This document shows, piece by piece, positions 11,754 through 20,202 of a stretch of 64,000 nt of DNA (position 1 is the first letter of the stretch; each line of letters begins with the position of its first letter). Source of the stretch: a bacterium (GTDB taxonomy: Bacteria; UBA8248). The notes under the pieces are model-generated. The model saw only the letters and a list, made by a program, of their open reading frames with translations. It had not been told where the DNA came from and ran no database searches. A program made the translations under genes and the position numbers. Location: the NCBI GenBank assembly GCA_965213685.1, contig CBDBZY010000031.1, forward strand, positions 32,001 through 96,000, written 5' to 3'.

Positions 11754-11830
11754 TGGAGCCGACGACCGGACTTGAACCGGTGACCTGCTGATTACGAATC
11801 AGCTGCTCTACCTGTCTGAGCTACGTCGGC
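11754..11830 (-). tRNA. tRNA-Thr(CGT)
   Basis: GCCGACG/CGTCGGC acceptor stem, CTGAT-TCGTA-ATCAG anticodon arm, GTTCAAGT T-loop, encoded CCA. Confidence 0.95.
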
Positions 11831-11875
11831 GAGAAGAAAGGGGCGCCCCCTGCGCGCGACCCCCACGCGGGTGCT

Positions 11876-11904
11876 ATTGAACACGCCGCTTTCGCCTTCG
11901 TCAA
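11876..11904 (-). promoter_or_regulatory. candidate promoter of tRNA-Thr (TTGACG-17-TTCAAT)
   Basis: -35 11899-11904, -10 11876-11881. Confidence 0.45.
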
Positions 11905-11964
11905 GCGGCGAGACCGCCCGAGGCCGCGTGGTACGCCGCCTTTCGCGGTTTCCCCCGCCCAGGG

Positions 11965-11995
11965 TTGACTTCCGGGGCGGGCCGTCGTACAAAAT
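11965..11995 (+). promoter_or_regulatory. candidate promoter of tRNA-Lys (TTGACT...TACAAAAT)
   Basis: TTGACT 11965-11970, A-rich -10 region 11988-11995 just before tRNA. Confidence 0.45.
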
Positions 11996-12008
11996 TCCTC
12001 TTTCTCGC

Positions 12009-12084
<76 letters not shown>

Positions 12085-12189
12085 CACACGTCCCCAGGCC
12101 TCGTTTGGGTTTCTGGATTTTTGGATTCTCACTCCCGCCACCGCCGCCAAGCCGCCTCCGGCCGGCGGGGCCGCAAGGGGAGAGGACGC

Positions 12190-12579
12190 ATGGATGACGC
12201 CGACGCCCAAAGGCTGATAGAAAAAATCGTGGACGACCGCGGCTGGGTGCTGCCCGAGCAGGAGTTCTACATCCGCAAGGACCCGGAATACCACGCGCGG
12301 CAAAGCGCACTCTACAACCACGTGATCAAGCGCGAGGGCGCACTCTCCGAGAAGATGCGCGAGCTCATCGTCATCACCGCCCTTTGCGTGCGCCTGCCGG
12401 GCACCGAGGTGGAGGTCTACGTCAAAAACCACATGCGCCGGGCACTGGAGCTGGGAGCGACGGAGGATGAGATATTCGAGGCCGTGCAATGCCTGATATT
12501 CCCCGCCGGCGGCCCCTCCCTGATGATGGGGATCAAGTGCCTGCGCGCCGTCATGGCGGAGCGCGGGAGCACCGGCTGA
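12190..12579 (+). CDS. carboxymuconolactone decarboxylase (CMD) family protein
   Basis: GALSEKMRELIVITAL...HMRRALELGATEDEIFEA pattern; GAGG RBS. Confidence 0.8.
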   Translation: MDDADAQRLIEKIVDDRGWVLPEQEFYIRKDPEYHARQSALYNHVIKREGALSEKMRELIVITALCVRLPGTEVEVYVKNHMRRALELGATEDEIFEAVQCLIFPAGGPSLMMGIKCLRAVMAERGSTG

Positions 12580-12657
12580 CGTCTGGACAGTCTCCCGGCC
12601 GCGCGCCTCGATGGGACGCGCCGCCGCGGGAGCGCGCACCTGGGAGGGAGGAGGAGC

Positions 12658-13395
12658 ATGGACAGGGGAATCTGGGCGACCTGGTACGACCTGCCGAAAG
12701 AGGGCGAGGCGGAATACAACGACTGGCTGCACAACGCGCACATCAAGGACGCACTCAAACGCCCGGGCTACATGTGGGCGGCCCATTACGAACTCATCGA
12801 CAGGGAGTCGCCCCACTCCAAGCGAAAGGCCCACCTCGCATACACGGACGACGCCTCGATTCCGGGCGGTACGGAGTTTCTCCTCCTCTTCGGGGCCGCA
12901 ACGCCCGAGGCGTTTCTGAATCCCAGCCCCGCCCAGCTCCTGGAGGCGCACTCCGGCGAGACGCGCGCGATGCTCGCCAAAAGAATCGGCGCGCGCACCT
13001 GCATCCTCACGGAGGTGGACCGGGTGAACGGCCCCGACGCCGCGACGCGCGCCATCGGCGGGGTGCCGGCGCCGGTGCTCCAGATGGGCACCTTCAACTG
13101 CTTCACGCCCGAGGACGATTTCGACCTGAGCGCCTGGTACGCGCAAGATCGCCTGCCCGCGATGAAATACATGCCCGGCTGCGTGGGCGCGCGCAAGCTG
13201 GTCTCCGCCGCCGGGTGGGCGAAGCACAGCATCTTCTACGAGTTCTCCTCCCTGGAGAAGGTGCTCTCCCACTTCCCGCGGGCGGACAAGCTCATCGCCG
13301 GCGAGAACGACTGGTCCTACCGCGTCTGCCAGCGCCTGCTCCACGCGCCCGGCTCGCCCACGCGCGGCAGGCGCATCTGGCCGCCGGCGGAATGA
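12658..13395 (+). CDS. hypothetical protein with two EthD/DUF4286-like alpha+beta barrel repeats
   Basis: EYNDWLHNAHI...RPGYMWAAHY repeated as DLSAWYAQDRL...MPGCVGARKL; strong GGAGGAG RBS. Confidence 0.65.
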   Translation: MDRGIWATWYDLPKEGEAEYNDWLHNAHIKDALKRPGYMWAAHYELIDRESPHSKRKAHLAYTDDASIPGGTEFLLLFGAATPEAFLNPSPAQLLEAHSGETRAMLAKRIGARTCILTEVDRVNGPDAATRAIGGVPAPVLQMGTFNCFTPEDDFDLSAWYAQDRLPAMKYMPGCVGARKLVSAAGWAKHSIFYEFSSLEKVLSHFPRADKLIAGENDWSYRVCQRLLHAPGSPTRGRRIWPPAE

Positions 13396-13402
13396 GGGGA
13401 GA

Positions 13403-14074
13403 ATGCGGATGCGCTACATGAAGCCCATCCCGGTCGAGGAAGCGCAAGGAGAGGCCGCCAGGCTCTTCGGGGGCGTGGAGAAGATGCTCGGCCGGGTGGC
13501 GAACTCCTTCGCCGTCATGGCTTACCAGCCCTACGTCGCCAAGGTGATTCTGCCGCTCACCGTCACGCTCATGCGCGAGGGGCTCGGCACGGTGCTGCCC
13601 ACCAAAATCAAGGAGATGGCCGTCATCAAGACGAGCCACCTGAACGGGTGCGAATACTGACTCGGGCACAACACGGCGCTCGGTCGGGACGCCGGGGTCA
13701 CGGAGCAGGAGGTGCTCGAAATCTGCTCGGACGCCTATATGGACTCCCATACGATGAGCGCGCGGGAGAAAGCCGCCGTCCTCTGGGCGGAGCACGTGAC
13801 GAAAAACACCGCCAGGACGCGCGACGACGTATTCGGGGAGGTCCGACGCCATTTCGACGATCGCGAATTCGTGGAGCTCACCATGGTCATCACCTACTTC
13901 AACATGCGCAACCGCTTTCAGGACGCCCTGCGCATTCCGCTGGACGCCCCGAAAACGATCGCGGGCATCACCGCCGGGCGCAGGCAGGACCCGAAAGATC
14001 TCAAGAATTTTCTCGAAAACATGGTGGCGGAGTGGCCCGAGCGCTTTCCCGCGCCAGAGGAGGGCGACGCCTAG
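13403..14074 (+). CDS. AhpD/CMD-family selenoprotein (C-E-Y-U motif; Sec at TGA 13658-13660), 223 aa
   Basis: ORFs 13403-13660 and 13712-14074 share a frame and are separated only by TGA; read-through gives NGCEY-U-LGH, the AhpD CxxC motif followed by His; SECIS-like hairpin follows. Confidence 0.88.
13658..13700 (+). promoter_or_regulatory. bacterial SECIS-like stem-loop
   Basis: upper stem CGGCG/CGCCG plus CUC/GGG with bulged A; apical GGUC loop 13682-13685, 21 nt after UGA; UGACUC can pair with GGGUCA 13695-13700. Confidence 0.72.
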
Positions 14075-14221
14075 TGCCGGCGCGCGAGGCCATGCGCACA
14101 AATGCCGCGGGCGACGCTCCCCCTCCCTCCGCACCCGTTCCGCGCCATGCTGCGGGCTGCGGTTTTTGCGGAGCGCGGGTCGGCAGGAGCCGCTCCCCCG
14201 TCCGCGCAGGGAGCCCCAGCG

Positions 14222-14665
14222 ATGCCTGAGAAGCCCGACTTCGTCTGGGAGAATCTCGAGGCGGGCATGATCATCGGCGAGCGCACCCTCACGGTGACGC
14301 AGGAGATGGTGGATGCGCACTGCGACGCCGTGGGCGCGCGGCGGGAGCGCGGCGGGGGCGCCTCCCCCGCGGACGCGCCCATCGCCCCGCCGATGATATT
14401 CGTCAACGACTTGCTCGCCATCTATGACGAGAACTACAGCCGGTTCGGCACCATCCACGCCCAGCTCGGCTACCGGTTTCATCGACCCGTGCGGGTCGGG
14501 GAGACCGTGCGCCAGCAGGTCGCGGTAAAGAACTTATACGTCAAGCGGGAGAAGGGGTGGATCGTGAGCGAGCTGCGCGTCACGAACCAGGCGGGCGCAC
14601 TGCTCCTCACCTCCACGCACACCTCGGTCTTGAGCCTCACGAGGAGGCACGGGGCGGATGACTGA
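14222..14665 (+). CDS. MaoC/hot-dog family dehydratase
   Basis: IAPPMIF, TIHAQLGYRFHRPVRVGE. Confidence 0.75.
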   Translation: MPEKPDFVWENLEAGMIIGERTLTVTQEMVDAHCDAVGARRERGGGASPADAPIAPPMIFVNDLLAIYDENYSRFGTIHAQLGYRFHRPVRVGETVRQQVAVKNLYVKREKGWIVSELRVTNQAGALLLTSTHTSVLSLTRRHGADD

Positions 14666-15095
14666 AGACGCGCCCGACCTCCGCGCGATGCGGGTGGGAG
14701 ACGCGCTTCCGGAGCGATCCTACGCGATGGGGCGCGACGCCATCCGGAAATTCAACCGCTACGTCACCGGGGGTATCGACACCCGGAACATCCACACCGA
14801 TGACGAGGTCGCCCGAAAGGTGGGCCTGCCCGGGGCGGTGGCGACCGGCCGCCACCCGGTCTGCTTCATCGCCGAACTCATGGCCGACCATCTGGGGATG
14901 GGCTTCATCGCGGGCGGGGAGCTGGGGGTCTCCTTCGTGAAGCCCATATTCCCGGGCGACGCGCTGCGCCTCGCCGCCACGCTCCGGGAGAAAAGGGAGG
15001 AGGACGGCGCGACGCGTTGCCTCTTCGACGTCGCGCTCATCAACCAGGACGGCGTGGTCGTGACGCTCGGCACGGCCGGCGGACGCCTCGCGTAG
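14658..15095 (+). CDS. MaoC family dehydratase
   Basis: NIHTDDEVARKVGLPGAVATG, FVKPIFPGD. Confidence 0.8.
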   Translation: MTEDAPDLRAMRVGDALPERSYAMGRDAIRKFNRYVTGGIDTRNIHTDDEVARKVGLPGAVATGRHPVCFIAELMADHLGMGFIAGGELGVSFVKPIFPGDALRLAATLREKREEDGATRCLFDVALINQDGVVVTLGTAGGRLA

Positions 15096-15107
15096 CCGCC
15101 CCGCCCC

Positions 15108-17246
15108 GTGCGCACCCCCCGGGAGTCCCTCGACAGCCTCTTTCGCCCCGAATCGCTCGCCATCGTGGGCGCGTCCTCGAACCTCCGCCGGCTCGGGGGC
15201 ATCCCCCTGCGCCTGACGAAGGAATACGGGTTTCCCGGTCCCATCTACCCCGTCAACCCCGGCCGCGCGGAAATCGCGGGGCTCCCGTGCTACCCGGACG
15301 TCGCCTCCCTGCCGCGCGCGCCCGAATTCGCCCTCGTCTGCACGCCGAGGGACGACGTCATCCCCGCCCTGGCACAATGCGCGGAGCGGGGGGTGCGGGC
15401 CGCTGCGGTCATCACCTCGGGCTTCGGGGAGACCGGCGCGGAGGGGATGGCGCTCCAGAGGAAGATTCTCGACATCCGCAAAACCTCCGGCATGCGGGTG
15501 CTCGGCCCCAACTGCATGGGCGTGGTGCACGTGCGCTCCAGGCTCATGGCCACGTTCACGATCTCCATTCGGGACGACGACCCGCTCATCCCGGGGGCGG
15601 TGGCCATCGTCACCCAGAGCGGCGCCATGGGGGCGTGCATGCTCACGGGCTTTCAGGAGAGCGGCGCCGGCATCAGCGCCCTCGTGAGCCTGGGCAACGA
15701 GGTGGACGTCGATTTTGCCGAATGCGTCGAATACTTCCTGGACGACCCGCATACGCGCGTCATTTGCGGGTATCTGGAGTCGGTTCGGGACGGCGCGCGC
15801 CTGCGGCGGGCCGCCGCGCGCGCCCTCGCGGCGGGAAAGCCCATCGTCCTGCTCCGGGGCGGGAAAACCGAGGAGGGCGTCCGCGCCGCGCGGGGCCACA
15901 CCGCCGCGATCACGACCTCGAACGACGTATTCGCCGCCTTCGCCGCCCAATACGGGATTCAGGTGCTGGACTCGATGGACGATTTTCTGGAAATCGGGGA
16001 TTTTCTCGCGCGCTCCCGCCCGATTGCGGGAAACCGGCTGGGCGTCATCAGCTTCTCGGGCGGGCTGGGCGCACTCGCCGCCGACCTCGCGACGACGGCG
16101 GGGTTCCGCCTCCCCGTTTTTGGAGAAGCCACCCAGGCGAAGCTGGCGGCCATCCTCCCCGATTACGCCCCGACGGACAACCCGGTCGACCTCGTCTCCC
16201 TGATGGTCAGCCAGCCGGAGAGCCGCCCCCTCCAGAGGGCGGGCGAGGCGGTGGCCGCAGACGCGGGCGTCGACGCCGTCCTCCTCCTCATGGGCGTCTA
16301 CCACCATATGGCCGACGAAATCGCACAGGACATGAAGGCGCTCTTCGAGTCCTCGGGAGTCCCCCTCGCCTGCGCGTGGCTCACGGGCCCCCAGGGGCAC
16401 ATCCAGGCGCTCAAAAAGCAGTCCGTGCCCGTGTTCCGCGATTATTCGCGGGCGATACGCGGCCTCGCGGCGCTCCTGTCCCTCCAGCGCGCCCGGGCGG
16501 CCATCCCGTCCCTCTCCCGGCAGACGCAGAACCGCTCCCGCGCGGAGGCGGCCAGGCGGATCATCCGCCGCCATCCGCCCGCGGCCGACGGCTTTCTGCC
16601 GCCCGAGGCCTGCGCCGGCATTCTGGACCTCTACGGGGTGCCCAGACCCCGCGAAACCCTGGCGGAAACGCCCGAAGAGGCGCTCGCGGCCCAGCAGAAA
16701 TGGCAACGCTCCGTGGCGCTCAAGGTCGTGGCCGGGCACCTCCCGCACAAAACGGAGGCCGGGGGCGTGCGGCTGGGGCTGCGCGCGGCGGAGCGGATTC
16801 TGGCGGAGGCGGAGGAGCTGCTCGGCCTCGCGCGCGACGCCCGCCTCCTCGTGCAGGAGATGATCGAGGGCGGCGTCGAACTCCTCATCGGCATATCGCG
16901 CGACGAGACGTTCGGCCCCTGCGTCACGGCGGGCCTCGGCGGGGTGTTCGCCGAAGCCCTCGGCGACGCCGTCCGCCTGCTGCCCCCCTTTGACGCGCAG
17001 CAGGCGCAAAGGGCACTCTCGGGCCTGCGCGGGCGCGCCGTTTTCGAGGGGTTTCGGGGCGGGCCGGCCGTTCCCATCCCGCTCGTATCCGATATAATGG
17101 CCAAAATATCCGAGGCGGCGTTCGAGCTGGCCGAAGAGGTCGCCGAGATGGACGTCAACCCCCTCATCGTCACGCCGGAGGGTTGCCGCGCCGTCGACGT
17201 GCGGATACGGACGCAACCCGGAGGACCCGGGAGAGAGGGCGCATGA
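15108..17246 (+). CDS. ADP-forming acyl-CoA synthetase (acetate--CoA ligase family, fused alpha/beta)
   Basis: SLAIVGAS, YPVNP, GPNCMG, QSGA, SLGNE, HTA phospho-His, DNPVD, HKTEAGGV ATP-grasp, DVNP. Confidence 0.9.
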   Translation: MRTPRESLDSLFRPESLAIVGASSNLRRLGGIPLRLTKEYGFPGPIYPVNPGRAEIAGLPCYPDVASLPRAPEFALVCTPRDDVIPALAQCAERGVRAAAVITSGFGETGAEGMALQRKILDIRKTSGMRVLGPNCMGVVHVRSRLMATFTISIRDDDPLIPGAVAIVTQSGAMGACMLTGFQESGAGISALVSLGNEVDVDFAECVEYFLDDPHTRVICGYLESVRDGARLRRAAARALAAGKPIVLLRGGKTEEGVRAARGHTAAITTSNDVFAAFAAQYGIQVLDSMDDFLEIGDFLARSRPIAGNRLGVISFSGGLGALAADLATTAGFRLPVFGEATQAKLAAILPDYAPTDNPVDLVSLMVSQPESRPLQRAGEAVAADAGVDAVLLLMGVYHHMADEIAQDMKALFESSGVPLACAWLTGPQGHIQALKKQSVPVFRDYSRAIRGLAALLSLQRARAAIPSLSRQTQNRSRAEAARRIIRRHPPAADGFLPPEACAGILDLYGVPRPRETLAETPEEALAAQQKWQRSVALKVVAGHLPHKTEAGGVRLGLRAAERILAEAEELLGLARDARLLVQEMIEGGVELLIGISRDETFGPCVTAGLGGVFAEALGDAVRLLPPFDAQQAQRALSGLRGRAVFEGFRGGPAVPIPLVSDIMAKISEAAFELAEEVAEMDVNPLIVTPEGCRAVDVRIRTQPGGPGREGA

Positions 17247-17677
17247 GCAGGAGAATCACGCCGCAAATCCGCTCCCTGGTGGGGAGAAGGCACGGGCCCT
17301 ACCGCGTCCGGGTCGAGCGGGGCGCGATAGAGAAATTCGCCGACGCCATCGGGGACCCGAACCCGGCCTACCGGGGGCCCGAGGCCATCGCACCGCCCAC
17401 GTTTCCCACGACCTTCCGGCCCGGGGACGCCTACCCCGACCTGCCGGCGGATTTCGGCGACGTGGGGCTGCACGCATCCCAGGCCTACGAGTTCAGCCGT
17501 CCCCTGCGCGCCGGCGACGCGCTGGACGTCTCCTTCACCATCGTGGACGTCACGGAGAAGACGGGCCGCTCGGGCGACCTCGTCTTCATCGAGCGGGAAT
17601 ACGAATTTCTGGACGCGCGCGACGGCGCCCGCGTCGGCGGGGGGAGATGGGTCTCTCTCCGGCGATTCCAGACATAA
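17243..17677 (+). CDS. MaoC dehydratase N-terminal/FAS1-like subunit
   Basis: VERGAIEKFADAIGDPNP, APPTF, LHASQAYEFSRPL. Confidence 0.82.
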   Translation: MSRRITPQIRSLVGRRHGPYRVRVERGAIEKFADAIGDPNPAYRGPEAIAPPTFPTTFRPGDAYPDLPADFGDVGLHASQAYEFSRPLRAGDALDVSFTIVDVTEKTGRSGDLVFIEREYEFLDARDGARVGGGRWVSLRRFQT

Positions 17678-17686
17678 GGAGCGGCG

Positions 17687-18088
17687 ATGGGCCACCAGAG
17701 GGGCGAGGCGCTCCCCGAACTCGTGAAGGCGCCCGTGTCGAGGACGCAACTCGTGCAATACGCGGGCGCCAGCGGGGACTACAACCCGATTCATTTCGAC
17801 GACGAGGCGGCGCGGGCGAGCGGCCTCGCCGGCGTCATCGCCCACGGGATGCTGTCCATGGCGTTTCTGGGGCAGCTGGTGGAAAACGCCTTCGGGGCGG
17901 GCGCCTGCAAAAGGCTGGAGGTTCGTTTTCAGGGCATGGTGCGGCTCGGCGAGGTCATCACCTGCCGCGGCGTCATCACGGAGGTCGCCCGCGCGGGGGG
18001 GCGCCCATACGCCGTGTGCGAGGTCGAGGCGGTCAACTCGGGCGGCCGCGCGGTCACCTCGGGGACGGCCGAGGCCTGGCTGGACTGA
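17687..18088 (+). CDS. MaoC family dehydratase (catalytic subunit)
   Basis: YAGASGDYNPIHFD, IAHGMLSM. Confidence 0.88.
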   Translation: MGHQRGEALPELVKAPVSRTQLVQYAGASGDYNPIHFDDEAARASGLAGVIAHGMLSMAFLGQLVENAFGAGACKRLEVRFQGMVRLGEVITCRGVITEVARAGGRPYAVCEVEAVNSGGRAVTSGTAEAWLD

Positions 18089-18118
18089 ACTGAACCCACG
18101 GGAGGAGAGAGGAATTCC

Positions 18119-18862
18119 ATGAGACTTCAAGGCAAGAGCGCCCTCGTCACCGGCGCGGCACAGGGCATCGGCCGCGCGGTGTGCCGGCAGTTCGCGCGGG
18201 AGGGGGCGAGCGTCCTCGTCGTCGACACGAACGAGGAGGGGGGCGAGGAGACGGCGCGCCTCGTTCGCGAGGCCGGCGGCCGGGCGGCGTTCCACCGGGC
18301 CGACGTGGCCAGCCCCGAGGAGGTCGAGGGCGCGGTCGAGGCGTCCGAGAGGGCGCACGGCCCCATCCGCGTCATGGTGAACAACGCGGGCATCGTGCGG
18401 GCGGCGATGCTCCACAAGATGACGGAGGCGCAGTGGGACGCCGTCATCGCCGTGCACCTCAAGGGCACCTGGGCGGGTATACAGGCGGCGGCCAGGCGCA
18501 TGATCCCCCGCAAGGAGGGGCGGATCATCAACGTCACCTCGGGTGCCGGCCTGCGCGGCACCATCGGGCAGATCAACTACTCCGCCGCGAAGATGGGAAT
18601 CGTCGGCGCGACGCAAAGCGCCGCGCGCGAACTCGGACGCCACAACATCACCGTCAACTGCGTGTCGCCCGCGGCGATCACCCCGATGACGGAGACGATA
18701 CGCACCGACGAACGCTTCGAGTCGAAATACCTCGAGCGCATCTGCCTGGGCAGGTGGGGGGAGCCGGAGGAGATGGCGGCCGGCTTCGTGTTTCTCGCCT
18801 CCGACGAGGCCAGCTACGTGACCGGCATCGTCCTCAGAATCGACGGCGGCCTCGGCATGTAG
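18119..18862 (+). CDS. FabG-like short-chain dehydrogenase/reductase
   Basis: TGAAQGIG, NNAG, YSAAK. Confidence 0.9.
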   Translation: MRLQGKSALVTGAAQGIGRAVCRQFAREGASVLVVDTNEEGGEETARLVREAGGRAAFHRADVASPEEVEGAVEASERAHGPIRVMVNNAGIVRAAMLHKMTEAQWDAVIAVHLKGTWAGIQAAARRMIPRKEGRIINVTSGAGLRGTIGQINYSAAKMGIVGATQSAARELGRHNITVNCVSPAAITPMTETIRTDERFESKYLERICLGRWGEPEEMAAGFVFLASDEASYVTGIVLRIDGGLGM

Positions 18863-18991
18863 GGGCGGGCATCGGAAAACGACCGGGAACTTTGCGGGAG
18901 CGCTTTGCGAACCGCGCCGTCCCCCCTGCGGAACAACCGCCCCGCCCTCAGAAGCCGCCGCTGCGCGCGGCTGGTCGGGCCGGGATGGGGC

Positions 18992-19000
18992 TGATACAAT
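18992..19000 (+). promoter_or_regulatory. extended -10 promoter element (TGaTACAAT) upstream of Zn-ADH
   Basis: TG-n-TACAAT 50 nt before the start codon. Confidence 0.45.
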
Positions 19001-19050
19001 CGGGACAGGACGCCCCCTTCCCAAAAACCGCGCGATGGAGGAAACCGCCC

Positions 19051-20079
19051 ATGAAGGCCATGATCCTCAAGGAGTTCGGCCAGCCGCTCGCCTACGAGGA
19101 GGCGCCCGATCCGCGCATCGGCCCCCGCCAGGTGCTGGTGGAATCGAAGGCGAACGGCCTGTGCGCCACCGACCTCAAGATTGTGGACGGCCACGTCAAG
19201 ACGGCGCCCAGGCCCCTCATGCTCGGCCACGAGAACTCGGGCGTCGTCCTCGAGGTCGGCGCCGAGGTGGACGCCTTCGCCCCGGGCGACCGCGTGGTCG
19301 TCGTGAGCAAGCAGACCTGCGGGGCCTGCCGCATGTGCCGCCTGGGACACGAGGAGATGTGCAGGAACTCCCCCGGACGCTTGGGGATAGAGATAGACGG
19401 CGGCTTCGGCCAGCTCGTCGCCGTCTCCGAGAGGAGCCTCGTCAAAATCGGCGAGAACGTCTCGCTCGAGGCCGCCTCCCTCATCGGCGGCACGCTCGGC
19501 TCCCCGCTCCACGCCATCCGCATGGCGCGGCCGGAGCTGGGCGAGTGCGCCGTCATATTCGGGGTCGGCGGCCTGGGGCTGCACGCGCTGCAAATCCTTC
19601 GGCACCTGGGCGTGGGCGTCATCGCCGTGGACGTGAAGGAGGAGAAGCTGGCGAAGGCCCGGGAGCTGGGCGCGTTCGAGACCATCCACGCCGCGCGGCT
19701 CGACCCGGTGGACGCCGTGCTGGAGATCACCGACGGATTCGGCGCCGACATCGCCCTCGAGATCGTGGGCGGGGCCGCCGTGCCGCCCGTGATTCAGCAG
19801 TGCCTCCAGCTGCTGCGCCCCGGCGGCCGCCTCGTCATCCTCGGCTACACGTTTGGGCAGAAGGTGGAGATAGACCCCGCGCATCTCGTCTACAAGTGGA
19901 TTCAGATCATCGCCTCGCACAACCACACGGTCCGCGACGTGGCCGACGCCGCGAGCCTGGTGAACGACGGCCGCGTGCGCGCCGTCATCACCGAGGAGGC
20001 GCCGATGCCGGAGGCGAACGAGGCGCTCGCGGCGCTTCGCGCGGGAGACCCGGTGGGACGCATCGTCCTGCGGTGGTGA
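19051..20079 (+). CDS. zinc-binding alcohol dehydrogenase (MDR family)
   Basis: GLCATD, GHE, CGACRMC...C, GVGGLG. Confidence 0.9.
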   Translation: MKAMILKEFGQPLAYEEAPDPRIGPRQVLVESKANGLCATDLKIVDGHVKTAPRPLMLGHENSGVVLEVGAEVDAFAPGDRVVVVSKQTCGACRMCRLGHEEMCRNSPGRLGIEIDGGFGQLVAVSERSLVKIGENVSLEAASLIGGTLGSPLHAIRMARPELGECAVIFGVGGLGLHALQILRHLGVGVIAVDVKEEKLAKARELGAFETIHAARLDPVDAVLEITDGFGADIALEIVGGAAVPPVIQQCLQLLRPGGRLVILGYTFGQKVEIDPAHLVYKWIQIIASHNHTVRDVADAASLVNDGRVRAVITEEAPMPEANEALAALRAGDPVGRIVLRW

Positions 20080-20082
20080 CAC

Positions 20083-20136
20083 GGGCACGGGCCGTGGCGC
20101 GGGCACAGCCCGTGGCGCGGGCACGGCCCGGGGCGC
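20083..20136. repeat. three tandem copies of an 18-bp unit
   Basis: GGGCACGGGCCGTGGCGC / GGGCACAGCCCGTGGCGC / GGGCACGGCCCGGGGCGC. Confidence 0.8.
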
Positions 20137-20202
20137 GAGCCGGGGGCCACGCCCGACGGAGGAGAATCCACCCATCCTCAGAAGCGCATCGCAGGAGGGA
20201 GC

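Noticed and set aside
13658-13660. Treating the TGA as a nonsense mutation or pseudogene
   Set aside because: It falls exactly on the second Cys of the AhpD CxxC motif, is followed by a SECIS-like hairpin, and differs in kind from the indel errors elsewhere.
20083-20136. Possible CRISPR array
   Set aside because: Units are 18 bp, contiguous, without spacers, and no cas genes are present.
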